A stretch of 64,000 nucleotides of DNA, taken from Treponemataceae bacterium (GTDB lineage: Bacteria > Spirochaetota > Spirochaetia > Treponematales > Rectinemataceae). Below are positions 50,520 to 59,953 of this stretch, piece after piece (the stretch's first letter is position 1; the number at the start of each line of letters is the position of its first letter). A program made the position numbers and the translations under genes. Under the pieces are notes generated by a model that did not search any database, was not told the origin of the DNA, and saw nothing but the letters and a program-made list of their open reading frames with translations. The DNA lies in the NCBI GenBank assembly GCA_963667725.2, contig CAXXHO010000005.1, forward strand, positions 224,001 to 288,000, given 5' to 3'.

Positions 50520-51304
50520 GATTCGCGGCCGTCGTATACACGGAATTCCTGAAACTCCGCAGGAGCAAGGCTCCCTGGATCACCCTCGGCGTCTACACCT
50601 TCATGGTGGGAATCGCCGGATTCTTCATGTGGCTCATGAAGAATCCGGAACTGGCCGAGAGCCTCGGCGTCTTCGGCAAGAAGGCTCAGTTCGCCTTCGG
50701 CGGCGAACCCATCGACTGGGCCACCTTTCTGGGCTTCATCGCGCAGATGGGCGGAATCGGCGGACTGATCATGTCATCCGTCATCGTGACCTATGTCTTC
50801 GGCAGGGAATATGCCGAGGGCACAGCGAAGAACCTCCTAGCCCTGCCGGTGGCGCGCCGCAATTTCGTCTTCGCCAAGATCCTCGTCTCCGCCGCCTGGT
50901 TCGGCTGCCTTACGCTCTATATGCTCCCTGGAACCTTCATCGTCGGGAGCCTGGTAGGCATCGGGACTCTGCAGGTTTCCCTGTTTTCAGCCGCAGCGGG
51001 CCGCCTTCTCGCCCTGGCTCTTATGTCCCTTTGCTGCTCCTTCCTCACGGCCTGGGTCGCGGTGGAAACAAGGGGATACTTCGCGCCCCTGGGTTATTCC
51101 ATTTTCACCCTTCTGCTCGCCGTGATTTTCGCCGCCACGGGCTGGGGGCCCTGGGTGCCCTGGTCGATCGTGGGCATCTACAGCGGCGCGGCGGGCCCCG
51201 AAGCCACCCTCGGAAGAGGCAGCTTCCTCGTCATCGCGGCGACGGCCGCGGCGGGCATCCTGCTCACCCTCCGCCACGAGGTGGTCGCCGACAACCTGCA
51301 GTGA
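50516..51304 (+). CDS. ABC-2 permease (BcrB/LanE-like)
   Basis: EFLKLRRS, FGREYAEGT.KNLL.LP; six TM helices. Confidence 0.85.
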   Translation: MRFAAVVYTEFLKLRRSKAPWITLGVYTFMVGIAGFFMWLMKNPELAESLGVFGKKAQFAFGGEPIDWATFLGFIAQMGGIGGLIMSSVIVTYVFGREYAEGTAKNLLALPVARRNFVFAKILVSAAWFGCLTLYMLPGTFIVGSLVGIGTLQVSLFSAAAGRLLALALMSLCCSFLTAWVAVETRGYFAPLGYSIFTLLLAVIFAATGWGPWVPWSIVGIYSGAAGPEATLGRGSFLVIAATAAAGILLTLRHEVVADNLQ

Positions 51305-51338
51305 GTATGGCGCGCTTCAGGCTTTCCGTGTCGAGCCC

Positions 51339-51374
51339 TTGACAGAATTCTTCACTGTATATACTGTATATACA
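51339..51374 (+). promoter_or_regulatory. Promoter with perfect YtrA-type operator
   Basis: TTGACA at 51339; palindrome TGTATATAC-T-GTATATACA (51356-51374) covering the -10 region. Confidence 0.75.
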
Positions 51375-51378
51375 CAGT

Positions 51379-51792
51379 ATGACTGGTAACGACATGATCC
51401 CGATCAGCATCTCCACGCTTTCCTCCCAACCGATCTACGCGCAGATAGAGGAACAGATACGGATCGCCGTTTTTTCCGGCACGCTGTCGCCGGAGACGGA
51501 ACTCCCATCGATACGAGTCCTGGCGCAGAACTTGAGGGTGAGTGTCATCACGACTAAGCGCGCCTACGACGACCTCGAAAAGGAAGGCTATCTCCGCACG
51601 GTACCGGGAAAGGGCAGCTACGCGGCCAGGCCCGAGATCGCCGAGATGACGCGCGAGCGGCTTCTCGCCCTGCGCGCGGCGCTGAAACCCCTGGTCACCG
51701 AGGCGGTCGCGCTGGGGTTTCGCGCGGAGGATATCGCGAACATCGTCGGGGAACTGTTTGCCGAGCGCGGCGAGGAGCATCAGCATGATTGA
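51379..51792 (+). CDS. GntR family regulator, YtrA subfamily
   Basis: PIYAQIEEQI, LPSIRVLA..LRVSVITTKRAY..LE; short C-terminal domain. Confidence 0.92.
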   Translation: MTGNDMIPISISTLSSQPIYAQIEEQIRIAVFSGTLSPETELPSIRVLAQNLRVSVITTKRAYDDLEKEGYLRTVPGKGSYAARPEIAEMTRERLLALRAALKPLVTEAVALGFRAEDIANIVGELFAERGEEHQHD

Positions 51793-52666
51793 CAGGGCGA
51801 TATGGACAAGAGGGATGACGAAGAAATTCGCCGGCTTCGAGCTGCGCGATGTAAACTTAAGCCTGGAAACAGGCTCCGTGCTCGGCCTCATCGGCCCCAA
51901 TGGCGCTGGCAAGACGACGACCATCAAGCTGCTCGGCGGACTGCTCAAGCCCGACTCAGGCGAGGTGGAGGTTCTGGGCGAAAATCCCTGGGGCGCGGGA
52001 CCTTCGCTCAGGCGAAGACTGGGAATCGTCAGCGACGAAAGCCAATGGTACGGTCCATTGAGCGCCGCGGATACTGAAGCTTGGGTGAAGCGGCTCTACC
52101 CGCGATGGGATTCGGCAGGCTACACGGCCAGGCTTTCGGAATTCGGCATCGACCGGCGCAAAAGGCTTTCGGATCTCTCGAAAGGGCAGAAGATGAAGTT
52201 CTCCCTCGCGGTGGCGCTCTCCCATGAAGCCGAACTCATCATCCTGGACGAGCCGACAAGCGGACTCGACCCCGTGTCGCGCAGCGAGCTTCTGGACACC
52301 CTCCATTCGGTGGTGTCGGAAGGCAAGGCGAGCATTCTCTTCTCGACGCACATCACCTCCGATCTCGAGCGCATAGCCGACCATATTGCCTTCATCATGG
52401 CGGGAAAAATCGTCTTCTGCGAGGACATCGATTCGGTCCTGGAGCGCCACGCGGTGATCCGAGGCCCGGCGGCGCTGCTCGATACCGCGCTCCTGGGTTA
52501 CGTCGTCGGGGCGAGGCGCTACGACGCCGGGTTCGAGGGGCTCACCGACAGGGCGACGGAACTTCGGGACGCGCCGCCGGCCGGGCTGATCATCGAGAGG
52601 GCTTCGCTCGAGGATATCATGGTCTATACGGCTAGGGAGGATTACCGTGTTCGCGCTATTGCTTAA
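51785..52666 (+). CDS. ABC-2 type ATP-binding protein (YtrB-like)
   Basis: GPNGAGKTT, LSKGQKMK, LDEPTSGLDP. Confidence 0.92.
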   Translation: MIDRAIWTRGMTKKFAGFELRDVNLSLETGSVLGLIGPNGAGKTTTIKLLGGLLKPDSGEVEVLGENPWGAGPSLRRRLGIVSDESQWYGPLSAADTEAWVKRLYPRWDSAGYTARLSEFGIDRRKRLSDLSKGQKMKFSLAVALSHEAELIILDEPTSGLDPVSRSELLDTLHSVVSEGKASILFSTHITSDLERIADHIAFIMAGKIVFCEDIDSVLERHAVIRGPAALLDTALLGYVVGARRYDAGFEGLTDRATELRDAPPAGLIIERASLEDIMVYTAREDYRVRAIA

Positions 52667-53306
52667 GGATTGGCTGCTTCTCAGGAAAGAACAACTCATC
52701 ATCGCCGTGGTCTTCATCGCCCTGGCCCTCGGCGTCGCCGCCGGCGGCGCGGGTTCGGGGTTTTTCGCCGCGGGTTCGGGAATGGCGACCATCATTCTCC
52801 TTTTCCCCTCATACATCGCCGTTTCATATTCCAACGCATACGACTTCAAGTATGGCTGCGAGCCTCTGCTCGCCTGCCTTCCTCCAGGACGCGACGCGAT
52901 CGTCGGGTCGAAATATCTTCTAGCGCTGGCCGCCAACCTCCTGATTCCCGCCGCGGCTATACTGAGGGCTCTTTCCGCCGCTCTGGGCTTGGGTGGCGAC
53001 GCCTTTCCCTTCGAACTCTTCGCGACTTCCTTTAGCCTCTCGCTCATTCTCGCCGCCGTGGAACTGGCCTCATACTTCAGGTTTGGATACATAAAATCGC
53101 GATGGGCAGCCATGGCCGTGTTCGCCTGCGCGGGAGCCATCGCAGGTATCGCGAGCGGCGTGGTCGACACGGGAGCCTCGCCTGCGGTCGGAAGCGCCGC
53201 TGGAGGAAGCGCCGCCTTCCTCCTCCTCCTCTTCGGCGCGGGAGTCATTCTTTTTGCGCTCTCATGGCTCTATTCGGTGAGGACCTATAAAAAAAAGGAA
53301 TTTTAG
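52647..53306 (+). CDS. ABC-2 transporter permease
   Basis: LLLKD..., LP..R..IV.SKY, YFRFG; six TM helices. Confidence 0.82.
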   Translation: MFALLLKDWLLLRKEQLIIAVVFIALALGVAAGGAGSGFFAAGSGMATIILLFPSYIAVSYSNAYDFKYGCEPLLACLPPGRDAIVGSKYLLALAANLLIPAAAILRALSAALGLGGDAFPFELFATSFSLSLILAAVELASYFRFGYIKSRWAAMAVFACAGAIAGIASGVVDTGASPAVGSAAGGSAAFLLLLFGAGVILFALSWLYSVRTYKKKEF

Positions 53307-53944
53307 CGGATAGGCGCCAGCGTCTTTCCCTGCCCGTACTGGGTCAACTCCAGCCCTCCGCCGCTGAGGTCGGCAAAGCGGGAACGGAATTCATCCAAGC
53401 CGCGCAGGGGAATTTCCACCTTGATTTGAACGAGTTCGACGAACTCCGTTGACAGCAGCTTGCCCCCGCTCGCTTCCGCCGCGCTCCTGAAGAGTTCGAA
53501 GAGCCGATAGGGCAAGGCGGCCGAAAGGAAGGTCACCTCGACGAGCTCGCCCCGACGGACGGCCTCCAGCACTTTCTTGCCCGCCTCGGAATATGCCTTG
53601 ACGAGGCCGCCCGTTCCGAGGAGGGTCCCGCCGAAGTACCGCGTCACCACCACCACCACGTTGCCCAGGCCGGAGCCGCGAAGGACCGAGAGAAGCGGGC
53701 GACCGGAAGTGCCCGAGGGCTCCCCGTCGTCCGAGCAGAATTCCGTGCTGGAGTTGCCGCCTCCCACGATGAAGGCGGGAACGTTGTGCGACGCATCAGG
53801 GAATTCCTTTCTTACGGAGGCCATGAAGTTGCGCGCTTCCTCCACCGTCTCGACGTAGTCGAGGCTCGCTATGAAGCGCGAATTGACGACGACGATCTCC
53901 GCCCTGGCAGGGCCGAGGGGGACGTGAAAGCTGTTATCGTTCAT
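53303..53944 (-). CDS. YigZ/IMPACT family protein
   Basis: SRFIA, DASHN, SDDGEPSGTSGRP, VTRYFGGTLLGTGGLVKAY. Confidence 0.92.
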   Translation of the reverse strand: MNDNSFHVPLGPARAEIVVVNSRFIASLDYVETVEEARNFMASVRKEFPDASHNVPAFIVGGGNSSTEFCSDDGEPSGTSGRPLLSVLRGSGLGNVVVVVTRYFGGTLLGTGGLVKAYSEAGKKVLEAVRRGELVEVTFLSAALPYRLFELFRSAAEASGGKLLSTEFVELVQIKVEIPLRGLDEFRSRFADLSGGGLELTQYGQGKTLAPIR

Positions 53945-53954
53945 AGGAATCGGT

Positions 53955-55106
53955 TCATGTCAGCGCGATGACCATTTCGCTGTGCCCCTTATTTTTCGCC
54001 GATTTGAGGGCATCGGCGCAGGCCGTGTAAATCATCGGAAAATGGATATCCCGGCCCGCGGGATTGTCGAAGGCCGCGGCTCCAATGGAAACGCTATAGG
54101 CGACGCCGTCGGGGGGATTCGCCACCGCGGACGCGCGCAGCGCCGACACGAAAGCATCCAGATGCTGGCGATCCAATCCGTTCACGAACACCATGAACTC
54201 GTCGCCACTAAGGCGCCCGATGAAGCCGCGCGTCCCCACGTTGCCGCGGAGCCGCTCGACCGTGTTGGCGATGATGCCGTCGCCGACAACGTAGCCATGT
54301 TCCTCGTTGATTTCGTTGAGCCCGTCTATATCGACGAGCAGCATGGAAAAAGCGCCGTTGTCGTAGGAAGCCTTGTCGATCGCCGTCACCATCGCGTCGA
54401 TGAATCCGTCGCGGTTGAAGGCGCCGGTGGCTTCGTCGAAATGCGCTATGCGGACCAGGCGGGCGTCGGTATTCTCCTTCGCGAAGAGGATTATGCCTAT
54501 ACCTCCCAGGATGAGGTAGATATAGAGCGAAAATACGGTGAGCTTCTCGCCCAGCGTCGGCCCGAAAATGACGAGAGCCGGCCCGAGGCGGATCGCGTCG
54601 ACGATGCGGAAGGCCATGGCCGCAAGCATGGCGATGAACAGGCTTCCCAGTACGACGCGCAGCGATGAGTCATCCTGCACGAAAAGCACGCGCAGAACGG
54701 CCGGAAGAAGGATGACGATATTCACGAACGTGATGACGATGACCCGAATGTAGGGATCCAGTCCGATCAGCATGGAGGCAACGTAAAGCACGATGCCGGC
54801 GACGAGGGGGATGCGCATTTTCTTCTTGATTTCCGACGTCAAAGCGCCGGACAGGCCGAGAAGGGCCAATGCCTCAAAATAGGAGCTGACGATAAGCGGA
54901 ACGGTGGTGAGCACCGCGAATATATCAAGCGGAACCAAGAGCCGAATCCAGATGAAAATATTGGAGAAAGCCAACATAAGTTGGGCAAAGAAATGATGAC
55001 GGATCGCTTCCTCGGTATATTTCTTGCGATACACGGCGAGAAGAAGAAGAATGAGAAGGTTACCGCTGGCCATGAAAATGAATGACGTTTTTGAATCCAT
55101 ACACAA
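53955..55106 (-). CDS. Membrane-bound GGDEF-domain protein (SGDEF variant)
   Basis: About seven TM helices; DIDGLNEINE.HG...GD, GRLSGDEF, SVSIG. Confidence 0.82.
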   Translation of the reverse strand: MCMDSKTSFIFMASGNLLILLLLAVYRKKYTEEAIRHHFFAQLMLAFSNIFIWIRLLVPLDIFAVLTTVPLIVSSYFEALALLGLSGALTSEIKKKMRIPLVAGIVLYVASMLIGLDPYIRVIVITFVNIVILLPAVLRVLFVQDDSSLRVVLGSLFIAMLAAMAFRIVDAIRLGPALVIFGPTLGEKLTVFSLYIYLILGGIGIILFAKENTDARLVRIAHFDEATGAFNRDGFIDAMVTAIDKASYDNGAFSMLLVDIDGLNEINEEHGYVVGDGIIANTVERLRGNVGTRGFIGRLSGDEFMVFVNGLDRQHLDAFVSALRASAVANPPDGVAYSVSIGAAAFDNPAGRDIHFPMIYTACADALKSAKNKGHSEMVIALT

Positions 55107-55143
55107 TTTTCGACGGGAAACTCCCTAATTGTCAATACGCGAG

Positions 55144-55848
55144 TTATTTATTATCGCTGTGGTCAAGTTTCAGAAAATGCCCGAACCGCTCCTTTTTCGT
55201 TTCCAGATAAGCCTTGTCCTGTTCGTGGGCGGGCAGCTCGTGCTGAACCCTTTCCAGCACCGCGATGCCGTACTTTTCAAGCTCCGCCACCTTTTCGGGA
55301 TTATTCGTCATGAGGCGGACGCTCTTGATACCGATCTTTTTCAGCATGGCCGCGGGGATGGCGTAATCGCGCTCGTCGGCCTTGAAACCGAGGGCCAGGT
55401 TTGCGTCGTAGGTGTCGTAGCCTCCGTCCTGGAGGGCGTAAGCCCTCAGCTTGTTGACGAGGCCGATGCCACGGCCTTCGGCCTGATGGTAAAGGACGGC
55501 GCCCCGCCCCTCGGCCTCGATCATGGCGAGCGCTCGGTGAAGTTGGGGTCCGCAGTCGCAGCGCCGGCTGCCGAAGGCGTCGCCGGTGAGACAGGCCGAA
55601 TGGATCCGGAGCAGGAGGTTTTCCCCGTCGCCTATATCGCCCTTGACGATCATGACATGGTCCTTGCCGTCTTTGTTGTTGACGAAGCCGACGATGGAAA
55701 AATGGCCGTATTCGCTGGGAAAATCGGCGACCGAAGCCACCATGACGCAGACTTCCTCGGCGCAGCCGGCGCAGTTGTCGGCGCCGGGGCAATCATGGAG
55801 CGCCTTCATGTCCTGCCGGATCACTTGCTCGATGGTAGGGATTATCAT
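55144..55848 (-). CDS. ribA: GTP cyclohydrolase II with Cys-rich N-terminal extension
   Basis: RIHSACLTGD.FGS.RCDCG.QL, EGRGIGL.NK.RAY, LMTNNP.K. Confidence 0.92.
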   Translation of the reverse strand: MIIPTIEQVIRQDMKALHDCPGADNCAGCAEEVCVMVASVADFPSEYGHFSIVGFVNNKDGKDHVMIVKGDIGDGENLLLRIHSACLTGDAFGSRRCDCGPQLHRALAMIEAEGRGAVLYHQAEGRGIGLVNKLRAYALQDGGYDTYDANLALGFKADERDYAIPAAMLKKIGIKSVRLMTNNPEKVAELEKYGIAVLERVQHELPAHEQDKAYLETKKERFGHFLKLDHSDNK

Positions 55849-57305
55849 TGTATGGTCTCCACGCGGATCATGTTCGTCGAACCTTGCTGCGCGAGTGGAA
55901 GGCCCGCGACGATGACGACCTTGTCGCCTTCGCTCAGGAGCTTTTCCTTTTTGCAGATGGCGATGGCTTCGTCTACGACGGCATCGAGCCTCGTGCCCGT
56001 GCCGCTGTGCAGGAAGGGGCGGACACCCCAGTTGAGCGCGAGCTGGTTGAAGAGCTTTTTGTCGCTCAGGAAGGCGTAGATCGGCATGCGGGGACGGAGG
56101 CGCGAGAGGAGCCGCGCTGCCTGTCCCGTTTCGGTGAGGACGACGAGGGCCTTGGCGTTGCAGAGATAGGCGACCGAGACAGCGTTGTACGACATTATAG
56201 CGGGGATGTCGCCCGTCTTCACTTCGGGCGGAACGTCGTGGTGGAAATCGACATAGTCGAACTGTTTTTCGACAGCGTCGATGATCGAATGCATGGTGCG
56301 CACCACCTGGACGGGATACTTGCCCATCGCCGTTTCTCCCGAAAGCATCACGGCGCTCGTGGAGTCGAAACAGGCGTTGGCCACGTCCGAAGCCTCGGCC
56401 CTCGTGGGCATCGGGCTTTCGATCATGGATTCGAGCATCTGCGTCGCCGTGATCACGGGCTTCGCGGCCAGATAGCCCTTGCGGATCATGCTTTTCTGGG
56501 CAATCGGGACGATTTCTATGGGCATTTCGACGCCGAGGTCTCCCCTCGCGACCATGATGCCGTCGGACTCGCGGATTATCTCGTCGACATTGGAAAGGCC
56601 GCGCGCCGTTTCGATCTTCGCTATGAGCTTGACGATGGAACGCTTGCCGGAAGAGACTGCCGCTCGCTGGATCAGCCTGCGGACTTCCTCTATATCGGTG
56701 GCGCAGCGGACAAAGGAGAGGGCGATGTAATCGATGTCGTGCCCCACGGCCCAGAGTATGTCGGCTATGTCTTTTTCCGAAAGGAAGGGAATGGGATAGT
56801 CGGCTCCTGGAATCGTCAGGTGCGCCTTGGGGTGGAGCTCGCCCTCGTTGTCGATGCGCACGGTCACGGATTTCGTTCCTCGCTTTAGGACGCTTCCCGC
56901 GAAATAGCCGTCCATGAGAATGATCTTCTGGCCCGGAGCGCAGATCCTGTCGATATCGGGTAGATTGGTATACACGAGGTTCGGCTCGCCGGCGACAAGC
57001 GCCTCTATGCCGACAGGATCGCGGCTTTCGAGGGTGATTTGGTCGCCGGCTTTTATCGAGATATTCTGCTTGTAGCCATAGAGCCTGATGGCCGGCCCTT
57101 TTATGTCGGCCATGATGGCGATCGGCTTCCCCGTCTCCTTCTGCGCTTCCCTGATAAGGCCGATGGCCAGATCCGCCTCTTCATAGGTCTTGTGGGAAAA
57201 ATTGAGCCGAAAGACATCCACGCCCTCGCGTATCATATCGCGAATGATTTCGGGCTTTTCCGAAGCCGGACCTGTGGTCGCGACTATCTTCGTTCTCTTA
57301 TCCAT
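55845..57305 (-). CDS. pyk: Pyruvate kinase
   Basis: RTKIVAT.GP, RLNFSH, AKIE, MVARGDLGVE, ATQMLESM, PTRAE, MLSGETA. Confidence 0.95.
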   Translation of the reverse strand: MDKRTKIVATTGPASEKPEIIRDMIREGVDVFRLNFSHKTYEEADLAIGLIREAQKETGKPIAIMADIKGPAIRLYGYKQNISIKAGDQITLESRDPVGIEALVAGEPNLVYTNLPDIDRICAPGQKIILMDGYFAGSVLKRGTKSVTVRIDNEGELHPKAHLTIPGADYPIPFLSEKDIADILWAVGHDIDYIALSFVRCATDIEEVRRLIQRAAVSSGKRSIVKLIAKIETARGLSNVDEIIRESDGIMVARGDLGVEMPIEIVPIAQKSMIRKGYLAAKPVITATQMLESMIESPMPTRAEASDVANACFDSTSAVMLSGETAMGKYPVQVVRTMHSIIDAVEKQFDYVDFHHDVPPEVKTGDIPAIMSYNAVSVAYLCNAKALVVLTETGQAARLLSRLRPRMPIYAFLSDKKLFNQLALNWGVRPFLHSGTGTRLDAVVDEAIAICKKEKLLSEGDKVVIVAGLPLAQQGSTNMIRVETIQ

Positions 57306-57907
57306 GCTTCTTCCTCCCGGATCGCATCCATGCCAGTCCCGATCGCCAGAATATACTCACGTATCGCTCTTTTCGCCGAATCGAAGGCGATTTCGCCCCA
57401 GGGAATCGCGTTGGCCGGGAAAATGCCAACCTCGGTCGCCTCCCGCGGATCGATGACGAAACCGGCAACATCGACGGCGCTTGCCTCAGCGTAAAAATAC
57501 AGATCGCAGGTCGCGTAGGGAATGCCTTTGTAGCGGTAAACATTGGGAAAAGTAGCTAAAAACTCCGTTTTTTCGGGAGCCCAGCCCAATTCTTCCCGGC
57601 ACTCGCGCAGAGCAGCCTCCTCGGCCCGTTCAGCAGGCTCCACAAATCCGCCGGGCAGGCTCCAAAAGCCCCGCCGAGGCTCCTTAGCCCTTTTCAGCAG
57701 CGCGAGGGAGCCTTCCACATCAAGGATAATCGTCGCCGAAGTCGCCACGTTATGAAAATACTCGAAGCCGCAGTCAGGGCAAACCCAGTTATTTCCTCCG
57801 AGAAAAGAGATGCGTGGGCTCGCGCATGAAGGACAGAATTGGAAGACCATCCCGGCATCAGCCGCTCCCGCGGCATCGCCGGCTTCCCTGACGCTCGAAA
57901 ATTCCAT
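57284..57907 (-). CDS. NUDIX hydrolase with zinc ribbon
   Basis: CPSC...CPDC, LPGGFVEPAERAEEAALRECREELG Nudix box. Start 57907 or 57850. Confidence 0.85.
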   Translation of the reverse strand: MEFSSVREAGDAAGAADAGMVFQFCPSCASPRISFLGGNNWVCPDCGFEYFHNVATSATIILDVEGSLALLKRAKEPRRGFWSLPGGFVEPAERAEEAALRECREELGWAPEKTEFLATFPNVYRYKGIPYATCDLYFYAEASAVDVAGFVIDPREATEVGIFPANAIPWGEIAFDSAKRAIREYILAIGTGMDAIREEEAWIRERR

Positions 57908-57922
57908 ACTATCAGTATAGGT

Positions 57923-59788
57923 ATGAACGACAAAGAATACGAGACGCCCGGCCTCCCCGAAAAAAAGAACAAATCGCTTCAGCTCTCTCCCGCCGCCGAG
58001 AAGAACGCCCGCTTCCGCGCCTTGGTGCGACAGGCTCCCGATGCGCCGGGCGTCTACATAATGCGCGATCCCGAAGGCCATATAATCTACGTAGGCAAAG
58101 CCAAGATATTAAGGAATCGTCTCCTTTCCTATTTTTCGGGAAAGAAAGACATAAAGACGCGGCATCTCGTCTCGCGCGTGGAAAATATCGAATGGATCCT
58201 GGCGGGGAGCGAATACGACGCTCTCCTCATCGAAAACAACCTGATAAAAGAACATACTCCCAAATACAATATCAACCTGAAGGACGGGAAAACCTATCCC
58301 TCCATTCGCGTCACGAACGAGGAATTCCCGCGCATTTTCAAGACCCGCAGGATCATCAACGACGGCTCCGAATATTTCGGCCCCTTTCCGAGCGCCGAGA
58401 CGATAGATACTTACCTCGAACTCATAAAACGGCTCTTTCCCCTGCGTCGCTGCGTCACCATGCGCAAGCGCGAGACGCCTTGCATGTACTACCATATCGG
58501 CCGCTGCCCCGGCCCCTGCGCCGGAAAGATCAGCAGGGAAGCGTATCTGGAGCGGGTCGGGCAGATACGCAAGCTGCTTTCGGGCGAAACCGCCGAACTT
58601 CTCGCCGACCTCAAGAAACGAATGGACAAGGCATCCGAGGAATTCCGCTTCGAGGAAGCGGCCCGCCTCAGGGACGCCCTCAAGGCCGTGGACCTTTTCG
58701 TGGGCAGAAGCAACGTGCAGGACTTCGACCCGGCGGCCAGGGACTATCTGGCATGGCACTGCGACGGAGACCTCGCCTCCTTCATCGTGTTCACGATGCG
58801 CGACGGCAGGCTGAAAGGGCGCGACAGCTTCATCTCGCCGCTCTACGACACCGAGGAAGAGGCCCTACAGGCCTTCCTCACCAGTTATTACGGCGCCGAA
58901 CGCCTCCCTCCTCCTTTCATTTACCTGATGAAGTCCATAGGCACCAAGCCGGTCGCCGAGTATTTCAAGAGACAGCTGGGCGTCAAGACGCGCTTCCTCG
59001 CGCCGAAGGAACAGCGCCACAGCGCTTCCATAAACCTCGCGGCGCAGAACGCCAAGGAAGAACTCATCAAGAAGCGCAGGGAAGTCGGCGACACCCAGGC
59101 GCTCCTGGAACTTAAATCGGCGCTGGGCCTCGCCTCGGTCCCGACGCGGATCGAAGGCTTCGACATAGCCCACCTGGCGGGCAAAAACACGGTCGCTTCG
59201 CTCATCAGCTTCAGGAACGGCGTCCCCGACAAGAAAAACTACCGGTATTTCCGCATACGGAGCCTCGGAGGCGCCATCGATGACTTCGCCTCCATCCGCG
59301 AAGCCGTCGCGAGGCGCTATACCCGCCTCATAAACGAGGAAGCCGACCTGCCCGACCTCATCCTCATCGATGGCGGCGCCGGCCAGGTTTCCGCCGCCAA
59401 GGAAATCCTCGACGAGCTCGGCCTCGACTGCGACCTCGCCGGCTTGGCGAAGAAGAACGAGGAAATCTACCTTCCGGACAGGCTCGGCCCCGTCGTTCTG
59501 CCCAAGGATTCGCCGGCGCTGCGCGTCCTTGTCGCCATCCGCGACGAAACCCACCGTTTCGCGACCGGTCTTTCCAAGAAGCTTCGAACGAAGGACCTGC
59601 GCTTTACCGTGCTGAAGTCGGTGGAGGGCATCGGCGAGGCGAGGGCGAAGCGTCTGATGAAGAGCTTCGGATCGCTGGGCGCCATCGCGGTGGCCGAGCC
59701 CGAGGCCATAGCCAAGGCGGCGGGCATTTCCCTGGAGAAAGCCCTCGCCGTCAGGGAAAAGGCCGCCCTGTCCTATGGCGCGAACTGA
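57923..59788 (+). CDS. uvrC: Excinuclease ABC subunit C
   Basis: GIY-YIG (PGVY..IYVGKA), PKYNI.LKD.K.YP, IEGFDIAH, LIDGG.GQ, RDETHRFA, HhH. Confidence 0.96.
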   Translation: MNDKEYETPGLPEKKNKSLQLSPAAEKNARFRALVRQAPDAPGVYIMRDPEGHIIYVGKAKILRNRLLSYFSGKKDIKTRHLVSRVENIEWILAGSEYDALLIENNLIKEHTPKYNINLKDGKTYPSIRVTNEEFPRIFKTRRIINDGSEYFGPFPSAETIDTYLELIKRLFPLRRCVTMRKRETPCMYYHIGRCPGPCAGKISREAYLERVGQIRKLLSGETAELLADLKKRMDKASEEFRFEEAARLRDALKAVDLFVGRSNVQDFDPAARDYLAWHCDGDLASFIVFTMRDGRLKGRDSFISPLYDTEEEALQAFLTSYYGAERLPPPFIYLMKSIGTKPVAEYFKRQLGVKTRFLAPKEQRHSASINLAAQNAKEELIKKRREVGDTQALLELKSALGLASVPTRIEGFDIAHLAGKNTVASLISFRNGVPDKKNYRYFRIRSLGGAIDDFASIREAVARRYTRLINEEADLPDLILIDGGAGQVSAAKEILDELGLDCDLAGLAKKNEEIYLPDRLGPVVLPKDSPALRVLVAIRDETHRFATGLSKKLRTKDLRFTVLKSVEGIGEARAKRLMKSFGSLGAIAVAEPEAIAKAAGISLEKALAVREKAALSYGAN

Positions 59789-59953
59789 GGCCGCCGGCGC
59801 CTAAGACATCGCGGCGAGCCGCCCAAGGCAGGCCAGCGACAATAAAAAATCGCGCGTTTCCGCGGGATTCAGCAAGGTTCCGCGAGATTCCCCTGCTCCC
59901 AAAAACCGTGGAAGCAGGGTATTATAGATCATCATTTTTTTAGGAGCGACCCA

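Noticed and set aside
55103..55119. ACAATTTTCGACGGGAA resembling the IS1634 right TIR
   Set aside because: Needs an indel, lacks the terminal TTCAGG, and has no partner end or TSD; probably chance within a promoter region.
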